Assembly (NCBI GenBank): GCA_021735045.1 | Contig: JAIPHU010000011.1 | Coordinates: 1-32,000 of the forward strand | From: Candidatus Omnitrophota bacterium | GTDB taxonomy: Bacteria; Omnitrophota; Gorgyraeia; Duberdicusellales; 4484-171 | Reading direction: 5' to 3' | DNA: 32,000 bases | Part shown: positions 17,309-25,254 of the stretch, one piece after another | Numbering within the stretch: the first letter of the stretch is position 1 | How the letters are laid out: each line of letters begins with the position of its first letter | Program-made: the position numbers and the translations under genes | Notes under the pieces: generated by a model | The model's database searches: none | The model's input: the letters and a program-made list of their open reading frames with translations, nothing else | Told to the model about the DNA's origin: nothing

Positions 17309-19289
17309 TAACCGAAGAAGGTATATAAGGCTTTCTACTGTTTTACCGGTAGAGTTTTTTATAGCCGATAAAAATGGGAAAAAGATTACGCCTTGGATTC
17401 AAGGGTTTACTCATGATATTGGTAGGGGTGGGATATGCCTTGTGGTTAATGATCTTTGGTGGGGGTTTTGGGATAAGTTTAACCGCACTCAGAACAAAAT
17501 ATTTCTCCGGATAAAACTTCCTTTTAAAAAAGAACCGTTATTTTTAGAGGCAGCTATTCGGTGGAAAGAATCAGAAGAATTGAAAAAGTTTAAACAGTAC
17601 AGAGTTGGTTTAGAATTTATAAGCTCTAAAAAGAAAAAAGCTGCTCCAATATTCAGGTTTGCCATATTTAAAAAAGTCGCGCCGGTGGTAGTGGTATCAA
17701 TTCTAACCGGTTTTATTTTATTTTCATCATTTTTGTTTTGGAAGACAAATCGCTTGGCTCAGGAAAATCGTCGTCTGGTAAGTGATCATATAGAGATATT
17801 GCAGAAGAACTCTTTTCTTGCCCAAAACTTAAAAGATAATAAACAAGCCCAAGAATTTCTTGCTAAAAGGAAGAACCAGCTAGGTGAAAAGATAACTAAT
17901 TTAGAAGAAACTATTTCAAATTTAAAAAAAGAATATAAAGAACTTAAAGATATCCAGAAAAAAAATCAACAACAATCCTTAGAGCTAATTGCCCTTGAGG
18001 AAAAATTAAATGAATATAATCAGCGGTTAGACTCTTTAAAAAGAGAAAATGAATTTTTAAAAAGTAAAATCAAAGAGAAAAAAAGATTAACTGCAGAAAT
18101 CCAAGAAGAAGCCCAGGAGCTTAAGGGAATAAAACACAGAGTTACAGAAAAAGTAATAGCTGGGATGCATGATTGGATTAGACACCGTCAAGATTTAGTA
18201 AAAGGGTTGATTTTAAGTTATGAAGGCGACAGTAGCCTAAGAGAAGTGTGTTTTACTTATGACCAGGCTTTAGCAGCTTTTGTTTTTCTAAACTATGGAG
18301 AAATAGATAGGGCTCAAAAGGTTTTGGATTTTTATCTTAATCAAATAAACCAGGGTAAAAAGATTTATAATGCTTATTTTACCGACGGTGGGGTTTTTGA
18401 ATATGTTCTCCACAGTGGGCCCCAGGCCTGGATTGGCCTTGCCGCTTTAAACTATAGAGAGAAAACAAAAAGTAAAAGGTATATTAAAGTTGCTAATGAA
18501 GTGGCGGATTTTCTTATTAGGATGCAAGATAAAGAAGGAGGTATTGTTGGAGGCCCAAAAGTGAGTTGGTACTCTACTGAACATAATTTAGATGCGTATG
18601 CTTTTTTTAGATTACTTTATAAACAAACCGGAAAGAGAGAGTATGAGAAGGTTGCTAACAAGGTCAAAAAGTGGATTTCTAAATATTCCTATACCCAATA
18701 TAAAATACCCATAAATAGAGGTAAAGGGGATTCTACTATAGCCACAGATACCTATACCTGGTCAATAACAGCATTAGGGCCGCAAACTTTATATTCAATG
18801 GGGATGGATCCAGAAGAGATTTTAAAGTTTGCAGAAAATAATTGTAAAGTTACTGTTAATTTTGAATATGATAATAGAAAGGTAAAAGTTGAAGGGTTTG
18901 ATTTTGCTAAGGCTAAACATGCAGCTCGCGGCGGAGTTATCTCTGGTGAATGGACTTCTCAGATGATTTTAGCTTATGAAGTGATGGCTGATTATTTTAA
19001 GCAGAAAGATACAAAGAAATATAAAGAGTATTTGGCTAAAGCTTATTTTTATTCTAATCAATTACAGAAGATGATAATAACTTCTCCTTCTCGGGCCGGA
19101 AGGATAGAACCCTGTCTTCCTTATGCATCTAGCCCTTATGTTAATACCGGTCATGGCTGGCGAACTCCACGGGGAAGCAGAACAGGTTCTTTAGCCTCAA
19201 CTGCTTATTTTTTGATAGCTTACAATGGATATAATCCTCTCAGAGGAGAATTTTTAGATGTATCGCTTAAAATCAAAGATGAAAAATAA
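17298..19289 (+). CDS. PilZ-domain protein with TM helix, long coiled coil and a C-terminal alpha/alpha-toroid-like domain
   Basis: PilZ motifs RRRYIRL (RxxxR) and DIGRGGICL. Hydrophobic segment VAPVVVVSILTGFILFSSFLFW. Heptad-rich, K/E-rich segment at about aa 160-280. The C-terminal fold assignment is tentative. Overlaps the preceding gene by 11 nt. Confidence 0.7.
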   Translation: MTDNNRRRYIRLSTVLPVEFFIADKNGKKITPWIQGFTHDIGRGGICLVVNDLWWGFWDKFNRTQNKIFLRIKLPFKKEPLFLEAAIRWKESEELKKFKQYRVGLEFISSKKKKAAPIFRFAIFKKVAPVVVVSILTGFILFSSFLFWKTNRLAQENRRLVSDHIEILQKNSFLAQNLKDNKQAQEFLAKRKNQLGEKITNLEETISNLKKEYKELKDIQKKNQQQSLELIALEEKLNEYNQRLDSLKRENEFLKSKIKEKKRLTAEIQEEAQELKGIKHRVTEKVIAGMHDWIRHRQDLVKGLILSYEGDSSLREVCFTYDQALAAFVFLNYGEIDRAQKVLDFYLNQINQGKKIYNAYFTDGGVFEYVLHSGPQAWIGLAALNYREKTKSKRYIKVANEVADFLIRMQDKEGGIVGGPKVSWYSTEHNLDAYAFFRLLYKQTGKREYEKVANKVKKWISKYSYTQYKIPINRGKGDSTIATDTYTWSITALGPQTLYSMGMDPEEILKFAENNCKVTVNFEYDNRKVKVEGFDFAKAKHAARGGVISGEWTSQMILAYEVMADYFKQKDTKKYKEYLAKAYFYSNQLQKMIITSPSRAGRIEPCLPYASSPYVNTGHGWRTPRGSRTGSLASTAYFLIAYNGYNPLRGEFLDVSLKIKDEK

Positions 19290-20193
19290 GCAATTTAAAT
19301 CGGGATTTATAACAATTTTAGGTAGGCCCAACGTTGGCAAATCAACTTTGCTTAATGCTGTTTTAGGCCAAAAAATTAGTATTGTTTCACCTATTCCCCA
19401 AACTACTCGTTTTCAACTAAAAGGAATATTAAATCAAAAAAACTCACAGATTGTATTTGTAGATACTCCGGGAATTCATCTGTTTAAAGAAAAGTTTGCC
19501 TATCATCTTAATAAAGTTTCTCTAGCTTCGCTAGCTGAAATAGATTTAATTTTATATGTAGTAGATGTAAGTAGGCCGCCGGGCCAAGAAGAAAAGAAGA
19601 TAATAGATATAGTAGCTCGGCAAAAAAGTAAAGTAGTTATGGTCTTAAACAAAAGCGATCTAGGTAGAAAGTATTTAAATGATTATATTGAGCTGTGGCA
19701 GGAAAAAATAGAAAATATACAAGTTCAGGATCCTTTGATTTACTATATTCCTGTTTCTGCTAAGATAGGGAAAAATATTGAAAAACTAAAAGATGTTTTA
19801 TTAGAACTAACCCCTAGAGGGCATCCCTTTTATGATAAAGATAGTTCAACTGACCTTCCTGATAAATATCGTGCTGCGGATATAATCAGAGAAAAATTAT
19901 TTTTAAAAACTAAACAAGAAATTCCTCATGCAGTTGCAGTTGAAGTAAAAGAAATTCAAGCCAAGGAAAGAAGTGTTTATATCTTAGCTCATATCTATAT
20001 TCAAAGGAGTTCACAGAAAAAAATTATTATTGGCAAAGACGGAGGGTTACTTAAAGAGGTTGGCATAGAAGCTAGGCGAGACTTAGAAAATATCTATAAC
20101 AAAAAAACTTATTTAGACTTATGGGTGAAAACAGAAAAAGATTGGCAAAATAACCGCAGGATTTTACAGGATTTAGGTTACTGGATAAATTAG
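19279..20193 (+). CDS. era: GTPase Era
   Basis: G1 GRPNVGKST, G3 DTPG, G4 NKSD and a C-terminal KH domain. The ORF opens at 19258. ATG 19279 (MKNKQFKSGF) gives the usual short N-terminus, but the start remains uncertain. Confidence 0.9.
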   Translation: MKNKQFKSGFITILGRPNVGKSTLLNAVLGQKISIVSPIPQTTRFQLKGILNQKNSQIVFVDTPGIHLFKEKFAYHLNKVSLASLAEIDLILYVVDVSRPPGQEEKKIIDIVARQKSKVVMVLNKSDLGRKYLNDYIELWQEKIENIQVQDPLIYYIPVSAKIGKNIEKLKDVLLELTPRGHPFYDKDSSTDLPDKYRAADIIREKLFLKTKQEIPHAVAVEVKEIQAKERSVYILAHIYIQRSSQKKIIIGKDGGLLKEVGIEARRDLENIYNKKTYLDLWVKTEKDWQNNRRILQDLGYWIN

Positions 20194-20221
20194 GGGGTCA
20201 GGTCTCCACTCTTGACAAAAA

Positions 20222-20255
20222 CCCGCAGACGTCCTACTTTCGCCAAATATAGGAC
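20222..20255 (+). repeat. Short version (34 nt) of the gcagacgtcct structured repeat, upstream of the nitroreductase gene
   Basis: cccgcagacgtcctactttcg (20222-20242) is identical to 20815-20835. The following ccaaatataggac matches 20860-20872 at 12 of 13 positions. gtccta pairs with taggac as a 6-bp stem, followed by atttgttttt. Confidence 0.85.
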
Positions 20256-20302
20256 ATTTGTTTTTGCTTATTTAGATACATCCTACAATGAGGAGGTTAG
20301 TA

Positions 20303-20803
20303 ATGGGAAAAACTGATATATTAAAATTAATGAAAAATAGGCGTTCTATTAGAAAATTTCAAGACAAAGAGATCTCTGTACAAGCTATAAAAGAATCATT
20401 AGAAGCAGCTCGTTGGGCGCCTTCAGGCCTCAACAATCAACCTTGGAAATTTATGATATTAGAGCAAGATAAAAAAGATTCCTTAGCTAAATATACAAAA
20501 TTTGGCCAAGTGATAAAACAAGCTAATAAATTAATCATAGTTTTCCTTAATAAAGAAAAACTATACAGTTATAAAAAAGACTTAATGGCGATTGGTGCTG
20601 CTATTCAAAATATTCTTATCTATCTTCAAAGCCAGAATGTAGGGAGTTGTTGGTTGGGTGAGATTATAAACCAAGCAGAGCAAGTTCAGAACAAGCTGCA
20701 GGTACCGCCAGAGTTAGAATTTGTGGCGGCTATTGCAGCGGGGGTACCTCAAGAAGAAGTAAAAATCACAGAACGTAGATCCCTGGAAGACCTAATCCTT
20801 TAA
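20303..20803 (+). CDS. Nitroreductase-family protein
   Basis: RRSIRKFQDKEIS and ARWAPSGLNNQPW motifs, size about 166 aa. SD aggagg at 20291-20296 favours ATG 20303 over the ORF-track start 20288. Confidence 0.85.
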   Translation: MGKTDILKLMKNRRSIRKFQDKEISVQAIKESLEAARWAPSGLNNQPWKFMILEQDKKDSLAKYTKFGQVIKQANKLIIVFLNKEKLYSYKKDLMAIGAAIQNILIYLQSQNVGSCWLGEIINQAEQVQNKLQVPPELEFVAAIAAGVPQEEVKITERRSLEDLIL

Positions 20804-20814
20804 AAAACCAAATT

Positions 20815-20878
20815 CCCGCAGACGTCCTACTTTCGGTAAAAGTAGACGTCCTATATTTGCCAGATATAGGACGTCTGC
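20815..20878 (+). repeat. Long version (64 nt) of the gcagacgtcct structured repeat with mutually exclusive hairpins, downstream of the nitroreductase gene
   Basis: agacgtcctatat (20844-20856) pairs with atataggacgtct (20864-20876) as a perfect 13-bp stem with a 7-nt loop. Alternatively, gcagacgtcct (20818-20828) pairs with aggacgtctgc (20868-20878). Confidence 0.9.
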
Positions 20879-20925
20879 AAAGGTACACCCTATAAAAGAA
20901 ATAGTTTAAAGATTAGAAAAATATC

Positions 20926-20963
20926 TTGACGCAAAAAAGAAAACTAGTAAAATTTTACTAGTT
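20926..20963 (+). promoter_or_regulatory. Candidate promoter TTGACG-16 nt-TAAAAT overlapped by a perfect 22-bp palindrome (candidate operator) at the head of the PKS cluster
   Basis: ttgacg at 20926-20931 and taaaat at 20948-20953. aactagtaaaattttactagtt (20942-20963) is its own reverse complement. Confidence 0.5.
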
Positions 20964-20978
20964 AAAAAAAGTAAAAAT

Positions 20979-22496
20979 ATGCAAATAGCCAAATTATTAG
21001 CCCAAAAAAGCAAAAAATACCCTAAAAAAGCAGCTTTTATCTGTAAAGATCTGCCTGTATCATTTGCTCAGTTGAAAGATAAAAGTTTTAGTATTGCTAA
21101 CTATCTTTTAGAGTTGGGGCCAATAAAAAGTAAAAAAGTTGCAGTCTATCTGCCTAATTTGCCCGATACGGTTTTTAGTATCTTTGGAGTTTTGTCTGCG
21201 GGAGGGGTATTGGTTCCCCTTGACTATATGTTGACAGAAATTGAAATCATAAATTTCATCAATCATTCTCAAGCTCAGGTTTTGATTATTCAGCCTAAAA
21301 AAGAAGTTAGCCTAGATTGGGTTAAACAACAGTGCCCGGGTTTAAAAAAAATAGTTATTTCTGGGTCAGAGTCTAAAGAATTTACTTCTATTTCAGATAT
21401 CTTTACCAAGAGTTTTCTAGATTTTCCTCAAAGCTCAGTTAAAGACCAGGATGATGCTGCGATATTTTATACTTCAGGTTCAACCGGTCACCCCAAAGGA
21501 GTGGCCTTAACCTATCAACACCTGATAAACCCTATTGAGGTTATTGATAACTATTTAACTGTTAGTTGCAAAGATGTATTTTTGTGCGGGGGGATACCTT
21601 TTTCTCATATTGGCGGTTTAGACTTTATTCTATTTATGCTTTACTTTGGCTTTACCCTTATTTTGATGGAAAGATTCCAGCCGTTAGATTTCTTAAGAAA
21701 TATTCAAAAACATAAAGTAACTTTATTTTGCGTGGTGCCGGCTATGTTTATGGCTATACTTTTTCTAAAAGGGGCAAAAAAGTTCGACTTGTCTTTTCTG
21801 AAATATGCTGTGGTTTTTGGAGCGCCTTCTTCACCGGCGGTATTAAAGAGGTTTCATAAACTTTGCCCTAATGCTCAGTTACGCAATGGTTGGGGCATGA
21901 CCGAGACATCTGCACCTAACAGTTATTCGCCGGCAGATCAAAATAAACTTTCTAGCATCGGCCGTTTTGATTTTAATCTGGAAGCAAAAATTGTTGATAA
22001 CCAAGGTAGTCAGGTACCTCAAGGCAACAAAGGTGAGTTGTGGGTTAGAGGCAAAGGCGTTATGAAAGGTTACTATCGGGAACCAAAGTTAACCAAGCAG
22101 GTATTGACTGAAGACAGATGGCTAAAAACCGGAGATATAGCTAAAAAAGATAAAGAAGGTTTTTTTTATATAGTTGGGAGAAAAAAAGAGATGATTAAAG
22201 TAGCTGGAGAAATTGTATTTTCTCCGGAGGTAGAAAACGTTATTCAAAAATTTCCGGGGGTAGTTGAGGTAGCCGTTGTTGGCAAAAAGGATAAACTAAG
22301 AGGAGAGGTTCCCAAAGCCTTTTTAGTAGTGGATAAATCAGATCAGTTTGATAACCAGAAGTTTAGGGATTTTTTAAAACAGCACCTAGCTCACTTTAAG
22401 ATCCCTCAGAGTTTTGAATTTTGCGAAAAACTGCCTAAAAATAGAACTGGAAAGATAGATAAATTGAAGTTAACAAAAACTATAAAGATATCTTAA
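20979..22496 (+). CDS. AMP-dependent acyl-CoA/acyl-ACP ligase (ANL superfamily)
   Basis: A3 motif FYTSGSTGHPKGV, GWGMTET, YYREPKLT...GDIA and the C-terminal LPKNRTGKIDK. No SD is recognisable before ATG 20979. Confidence 0.9.
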   Translation: MQIAKLLAQKSKKYPKKAAFICKDLPVSFAQLKDKSFSIANYLLELGPIKSKKVAVYLPNLPDTVFSIFGVLSAGGVLVPLDYMLTEIEIINFINHSQAQVLIIQPKKEVSLDWVKQQCPGLKKIVISGSESKEFTSISDIFTKSFLDFPQSSVKDQDDAAIFYTSGSTGHPKGVALTYQHLINPIEVIDNYLTVSCKDVFLCGGIPFSHIGGLDFILFMLYFGFTLILMERFQPLDFLRNIQKHKVTLFCVVPAMFMAILFLKGAKKFDLSFLKYAVVFGAPSSPAVLKRFHKLCPNAQLRNGWGMTETSAPNSYSPADQNKLSSIGRFDFNLEAKIVDNQGSQVPQGNKGELWVRGKGVMKGYYREPKLTKQVLTEDRWLKTGDIAKKDKEGFFYIVGRKKEMIKVAGEIVFSPEVENVIQKFPGVVEVAVVGKKDKLRGEVPKAFLVVDKSDQFDNQKFRDFLKQHLAHFKIPQSFEFCEKLPKNRTGKIDKLKLTKTIKIS

Positions 22497-22517
22497 AGCG
22501 AGGAGGATAAATTAATT

Positions 22518-23252
22518 ATGATGCAACGTGATGTTCATATGAGCCCAGAGGATCTGCTAGATTCTCTCCAATTTAGAAAAGGAGATTTTGGTAAAATTGC
22601 TTTGGTCAGCGGACAAAAACAAAGAGCTCAGCTATGCTTAAAACATTTGGAAAATCCGGTTAAAAATTTTACTTTTTTAGGTTATACTTTTTGGACTGGA
22701 AATTATAAAAATAAAAAAGTTACAGTCGGTAACGGAGGGTTTTATGCTCCAGATTCTGCTTTTATTACAGAGTTGCTTGCTGTGGGTGGGGTTGATACCC
22801 TGATTCGATTAGGTTCTTGCGGAGCTTTAAGAGAAGATATCGGGGTAGGAGATTATATTTTGGTAGATCAAGCTATCCGGGGTGATGGTGCTACTAAATA
22901 TTACGTAGATGATGATTTTATCCCAAAAGCAGATAAAACTATTAGCTCAGCTATCAAAGAAATAGCCTCAGAAAGCTGTCCGGTTCATCAGGGTTCAGTT
23001 TGGACTACGGATGCCCTTTTTAAAGAAACAAAAGGCATCGTTAACTCTTATATAGAAAAAGGGGCTATCGGAGTCGATATGGTAACTTCTCCATTTTTGA
23101 CTTTAGCTAATCTTTATCAGAAAAAAACAGCAGCTATACTTTCAGTTTCTGATAATTTAATTACCGGAGAACTGGGGTTTAATAACTATAAATTTTTTGA
23201 AAGTCAGTTAAAGATGATAGAAGTAGCATTTAAAACAGTTGATAGTTTATAA
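22518..23252 (+). CDS. PNP/UDP-family nucleoside phosphorylase-like protein
   Basis: LIRLGSCGALRE resembles the DeoD/Udp RxGSCGA motif. Also GAIGVDMVTS. Size 244 aa. SD gaggagg at 22501-22507. Confidence 0.7.
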   Translation: MMQRDVHMSPEDLLDSLQFRKGDFGKIALVSGQKQRAQLCLKHLENPVKNFTFLGYTFWTGNYKNKKVTVGNGGFYAPDSAFITELLAVGGVDTLIRLGSCGALREDIGVGDYILVDQAIRGDGATKYYVDDDFIPKADKTISSAIKEIASESCPVHQGSVWTTDALFKETKGIVNSYIEKGAIGVDMVTSPFLTLANLYQKKTAAILSVSDNLITGELGFNNYKFFESQLKMIEVAFKTVDSL

Positions 23253-23261
23253 GGAGAGCAG

Positions 23262-23531
23262 ATGGAAATAAAATGGGATAGTTCAGCTAAGGAAAAGTTT
23301 GATAAAGTTATTCAATCTTTACCTCAGTTTCATAGGACAATTGCAGAAAAGTTGGTGCATCAAAAAGCAGAAGATTTAGCTAGTTGCCGTAAGTCACCGT
23401 TGGTAGAAGACCAAGATTTAATTCAGGCTTTCTTTCAGGAAGTTCCACCTGCTTTCTGTGAAATGATGAAAAGATTGTTTGATCATCTTAATATTGACTA
23501 TTCAAAATATATTGAGGAGCAGGATAAATAA
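23262..23531 (+). CDS. Small PCP_red-like (protochlorophyllide reductase C-terminal domain-like) protein
   Basis: The pattern W-(5)-A-(10)-LP-F-(18)-A is reminiscent of PF08369, but this is a weak call by eye. SD aaggag upstream. The stop overlaps the next start (TAATG). Confidence 0.35.
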   Translation: MEIKWDSSAKEKFDKVIQSLPQFHRTIAEKLVHQKAEDLASCRKSPLVEDQDLIQAFFQEVPPAFCEMMKRLFDHLNIDYSKYIEEQDK

Positions 23532-24538
23532 TGAAGATAGCAGTTTTAGGTTGTGGAGCAATCGGCGGGTTGTTTTTAGCTCATCTTTCTAAAGAGTCAA
23601 AAAATGTTTTTGGAGTAGTTAGAGACTATCAGCTGGATTCTTTAGAAAATGAAGGCCTGATAATTAAGCAAGAAAATAAGGAAGAAAACGTGAAAGTTAA
23701 AGTTTGTACTAGGTTAACAGAGCCCCTAGATTTAGCTATTTTCACCACCAAAACTAATAATTTGGAAGAAATAATACAAGAAAATATTGATTATCTAAAA
23801 GATGCGGTGGTGGTATCGGCTCAAAATGGATTGAGAGCAGATAATATTTTAGCTAAGTTTTTTCCAACTGAAAAAATTATAACTACTATTGTAATGTTTG
23901 GAGCAACTTTTTATCCGCCTAACAGAGTTGTTTCTAACTTCTCTGGGAATCTTATTATGGGAAATATTTTTGGGAAAAAAGTAGTTGACCAAGAAAAGAT
24001 AAGACAAATTTTAACTAAGTCATTTAATGTAGAAGTTTTAAACAATATAAAAGGAGCTAAATACCTTAAGCTGTTTATAAATCTTAATAACTGTATTCCG
24101 GCTATATTAGGAAAATCAATGCAGGAATCTTTTAGCAGCTTAGAAGTTGCTAAGTTAGCTATTAAGTTAAACCAAGAAGCTTACCGGCTTATCAGGCAAG
24201 TGGGTATCGATTTAGAAAGTTTACCTAATTACCCTAAGGAGAGAATTGAAAGTTTAACTTCAATGCCGCTTCAAGAAGCTGCTTCTCTTTTTTCAAAAAT
24301 AATGACCGGTTTAAGTAAAGAACCTTTATATGGCTCTATATTACAAAGTATAAAGAGAGATAAACTTTCTGAGATTGACTATATAAATGGTGAAATTGTT
24401 AAAGTAGCAGAAAATAATGGTCAACAGGTACCTTTAAATAAAAAGGTAGTTAGCTTAGTCCACCGTGTTGAGCGAGAAGGGTTTTTATCAGAAAATGAAC
24501 TCTTATCAGAAATTAAAGGAGTAGAAAATGAAAAATAA
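23531..24538 (+). CDS. 2-dehydropantoate 2-reductase (PanE/ApbA)-family oxidoreductase
   Basis: N-terminal Rossmann motif MKIAVLGCGAIGG. C-terminal SILQSIKRDKLSEIDYINGEIV matches the family motif S.LQD...G+.TEID.LNG. Confidence 0.8.
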   Translation: MKIAVLGCGAIGGLFLAHLSKESKNVFGVVRDYQLDSLENEGLIIKQENKEENVKVKVCTRLTEPLDLAIFTTKTNNLEEIIQENIDYLKDAVVVSAQNGLRADNILAKFFPTEKIITTIVMFGATFYPPNRVVSNFSGNLIMGNIFGKKVVDQEKIRQILTKSFNVEVLNNIKGAKYLKLFINLNNCIPAILGKSMQESFSSLEVAKLAIKLNQEAYRLIRQVGIDLESLPNYPKERIESLTSMPLQEAASLFSKIMTGLSKEPLYGSILQSIKRDKLSEIDYINGEIVKVAENNGQQVPLNKKVVSLVHRVEREGFLSENELLSEIKGVENEK

Positions 24539-25172
24539 AAATGAAGATTACTTATCAGCTAATTGTGCTGATATTAAAACTCCCTTTCCAAAACTAAAAG
24601 TAACTTGTACTGGGGTTTTTGGTGAGTGTTACCATGGTTATGAAGTGGGTGATGAACTAATTTTAGGAGATTTTACCCATCCTCCTAAGCATTTTTGCCT
24701 TGGGTTGGTTCATTCACTTTTTCCACCTGCCTACGCTTTAAGTTTTGGGGCTAGGTTTCCTTTTATGGAGAATCAAAAATCGTTAAAAGTTACTTGTCCT
24801 GATGGCGGAAAAGCTGAATTTTTGGTTGAGCTGTTAGATAAAAAAGATAAAGTTCAATTTATTCCCCAAGACCCTAACCATAAAGGGCCTAATCCGAAAA
24901 AAATGGAAGTAGAAGTAGTTAAGGCAAAAGGAAAATGTGCCTATAAATATAAAGTTGGTGACAAATGGGACATAGAAGGGCTTAAATGTATCCCCGGGTT
25001 TTGTGGAGCAGCTTGGCATACACTTTTTCCGGCGGTTTTTGCCTTAAACTTTGGAGCAAAATTTCATTTTATGCAAGACCCTAACTCTATAGATACAGTT
25101 ACTTGCCCTGATGGCGGCAACATTGTATTTAAGGTAAGAAGAAAAGAAAAAGACGCGAAAGAACGCGAATAA
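24528..25172 (+). CDS. Cys-rich protein with two tandem TIGR04076-like domains
   Basis: There is an internal duplication: GECYHGYEVGDE...FCLGLVHSLFPPAYALSFGARFPFMENQKSLKVTCPDGG versus GKCAYKYKVGDK...FCGAAWHTLFPAVFALNFGAKFHFMQDPNSIDTVTCPDGG. The family assignment is from memory of the TIGR04076 pattern. Confidence 0.45.
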   Translation: MKNKNEDYLSANCADIKTPFPKLKVTCTGVFGECYHGYEVGDELILGDFTHPPKHFCLGLVHSLFPPAYALSFGARFPFMENQKSLKVTCPDGGKAEFLVELLDKKDKVQFIPQDPNHKGPNPKKMEVEVVKAKGKCAYKYKVGDKWDIEGLKCIPGFCGAAWHTLFPAVFALNFGAKFHFMQDPNSIDTVTCPDGGNIVFKVRRKEKDAKERE

Positions 25173-25238
25173 AAAAGATGCGAAAGAGCGCGAATACAAT
25201 TAGTGTTTATTAGTTAAAAATTAGCGTTTATTCGCGTT
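25150..25238 (+). repeat. Intercistronic palindromic element, gacgcgaa family copy 1 (TIGR04076-like gene to KSalpha)
   Basis: Left-arm words: aagacgcgaaa gaacgcgaata ... gatgcgaaa gagcgcgaata. Right-arm words: attagtgttt attagttaaaa attagcgttt attcgcgtt. aacgcgaat (25162-25170) pairs with attcgcgtt (25230-25238) as a perfect 9-bp stem. Confidence 0.9.
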
Positions 25239-25254
25239 ATAAAGGAAGGTAGAA

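Noticed and set aside
20194-20978. A mobile element (IS, MITE or integrase) delimiting the accessory region.
   Set aside because: There is no transposase or integrase ORF, no terminal inverted repeats with target-site duplication, and no tRNA attachment site. Only the structured direct repeat described in the findings is present.
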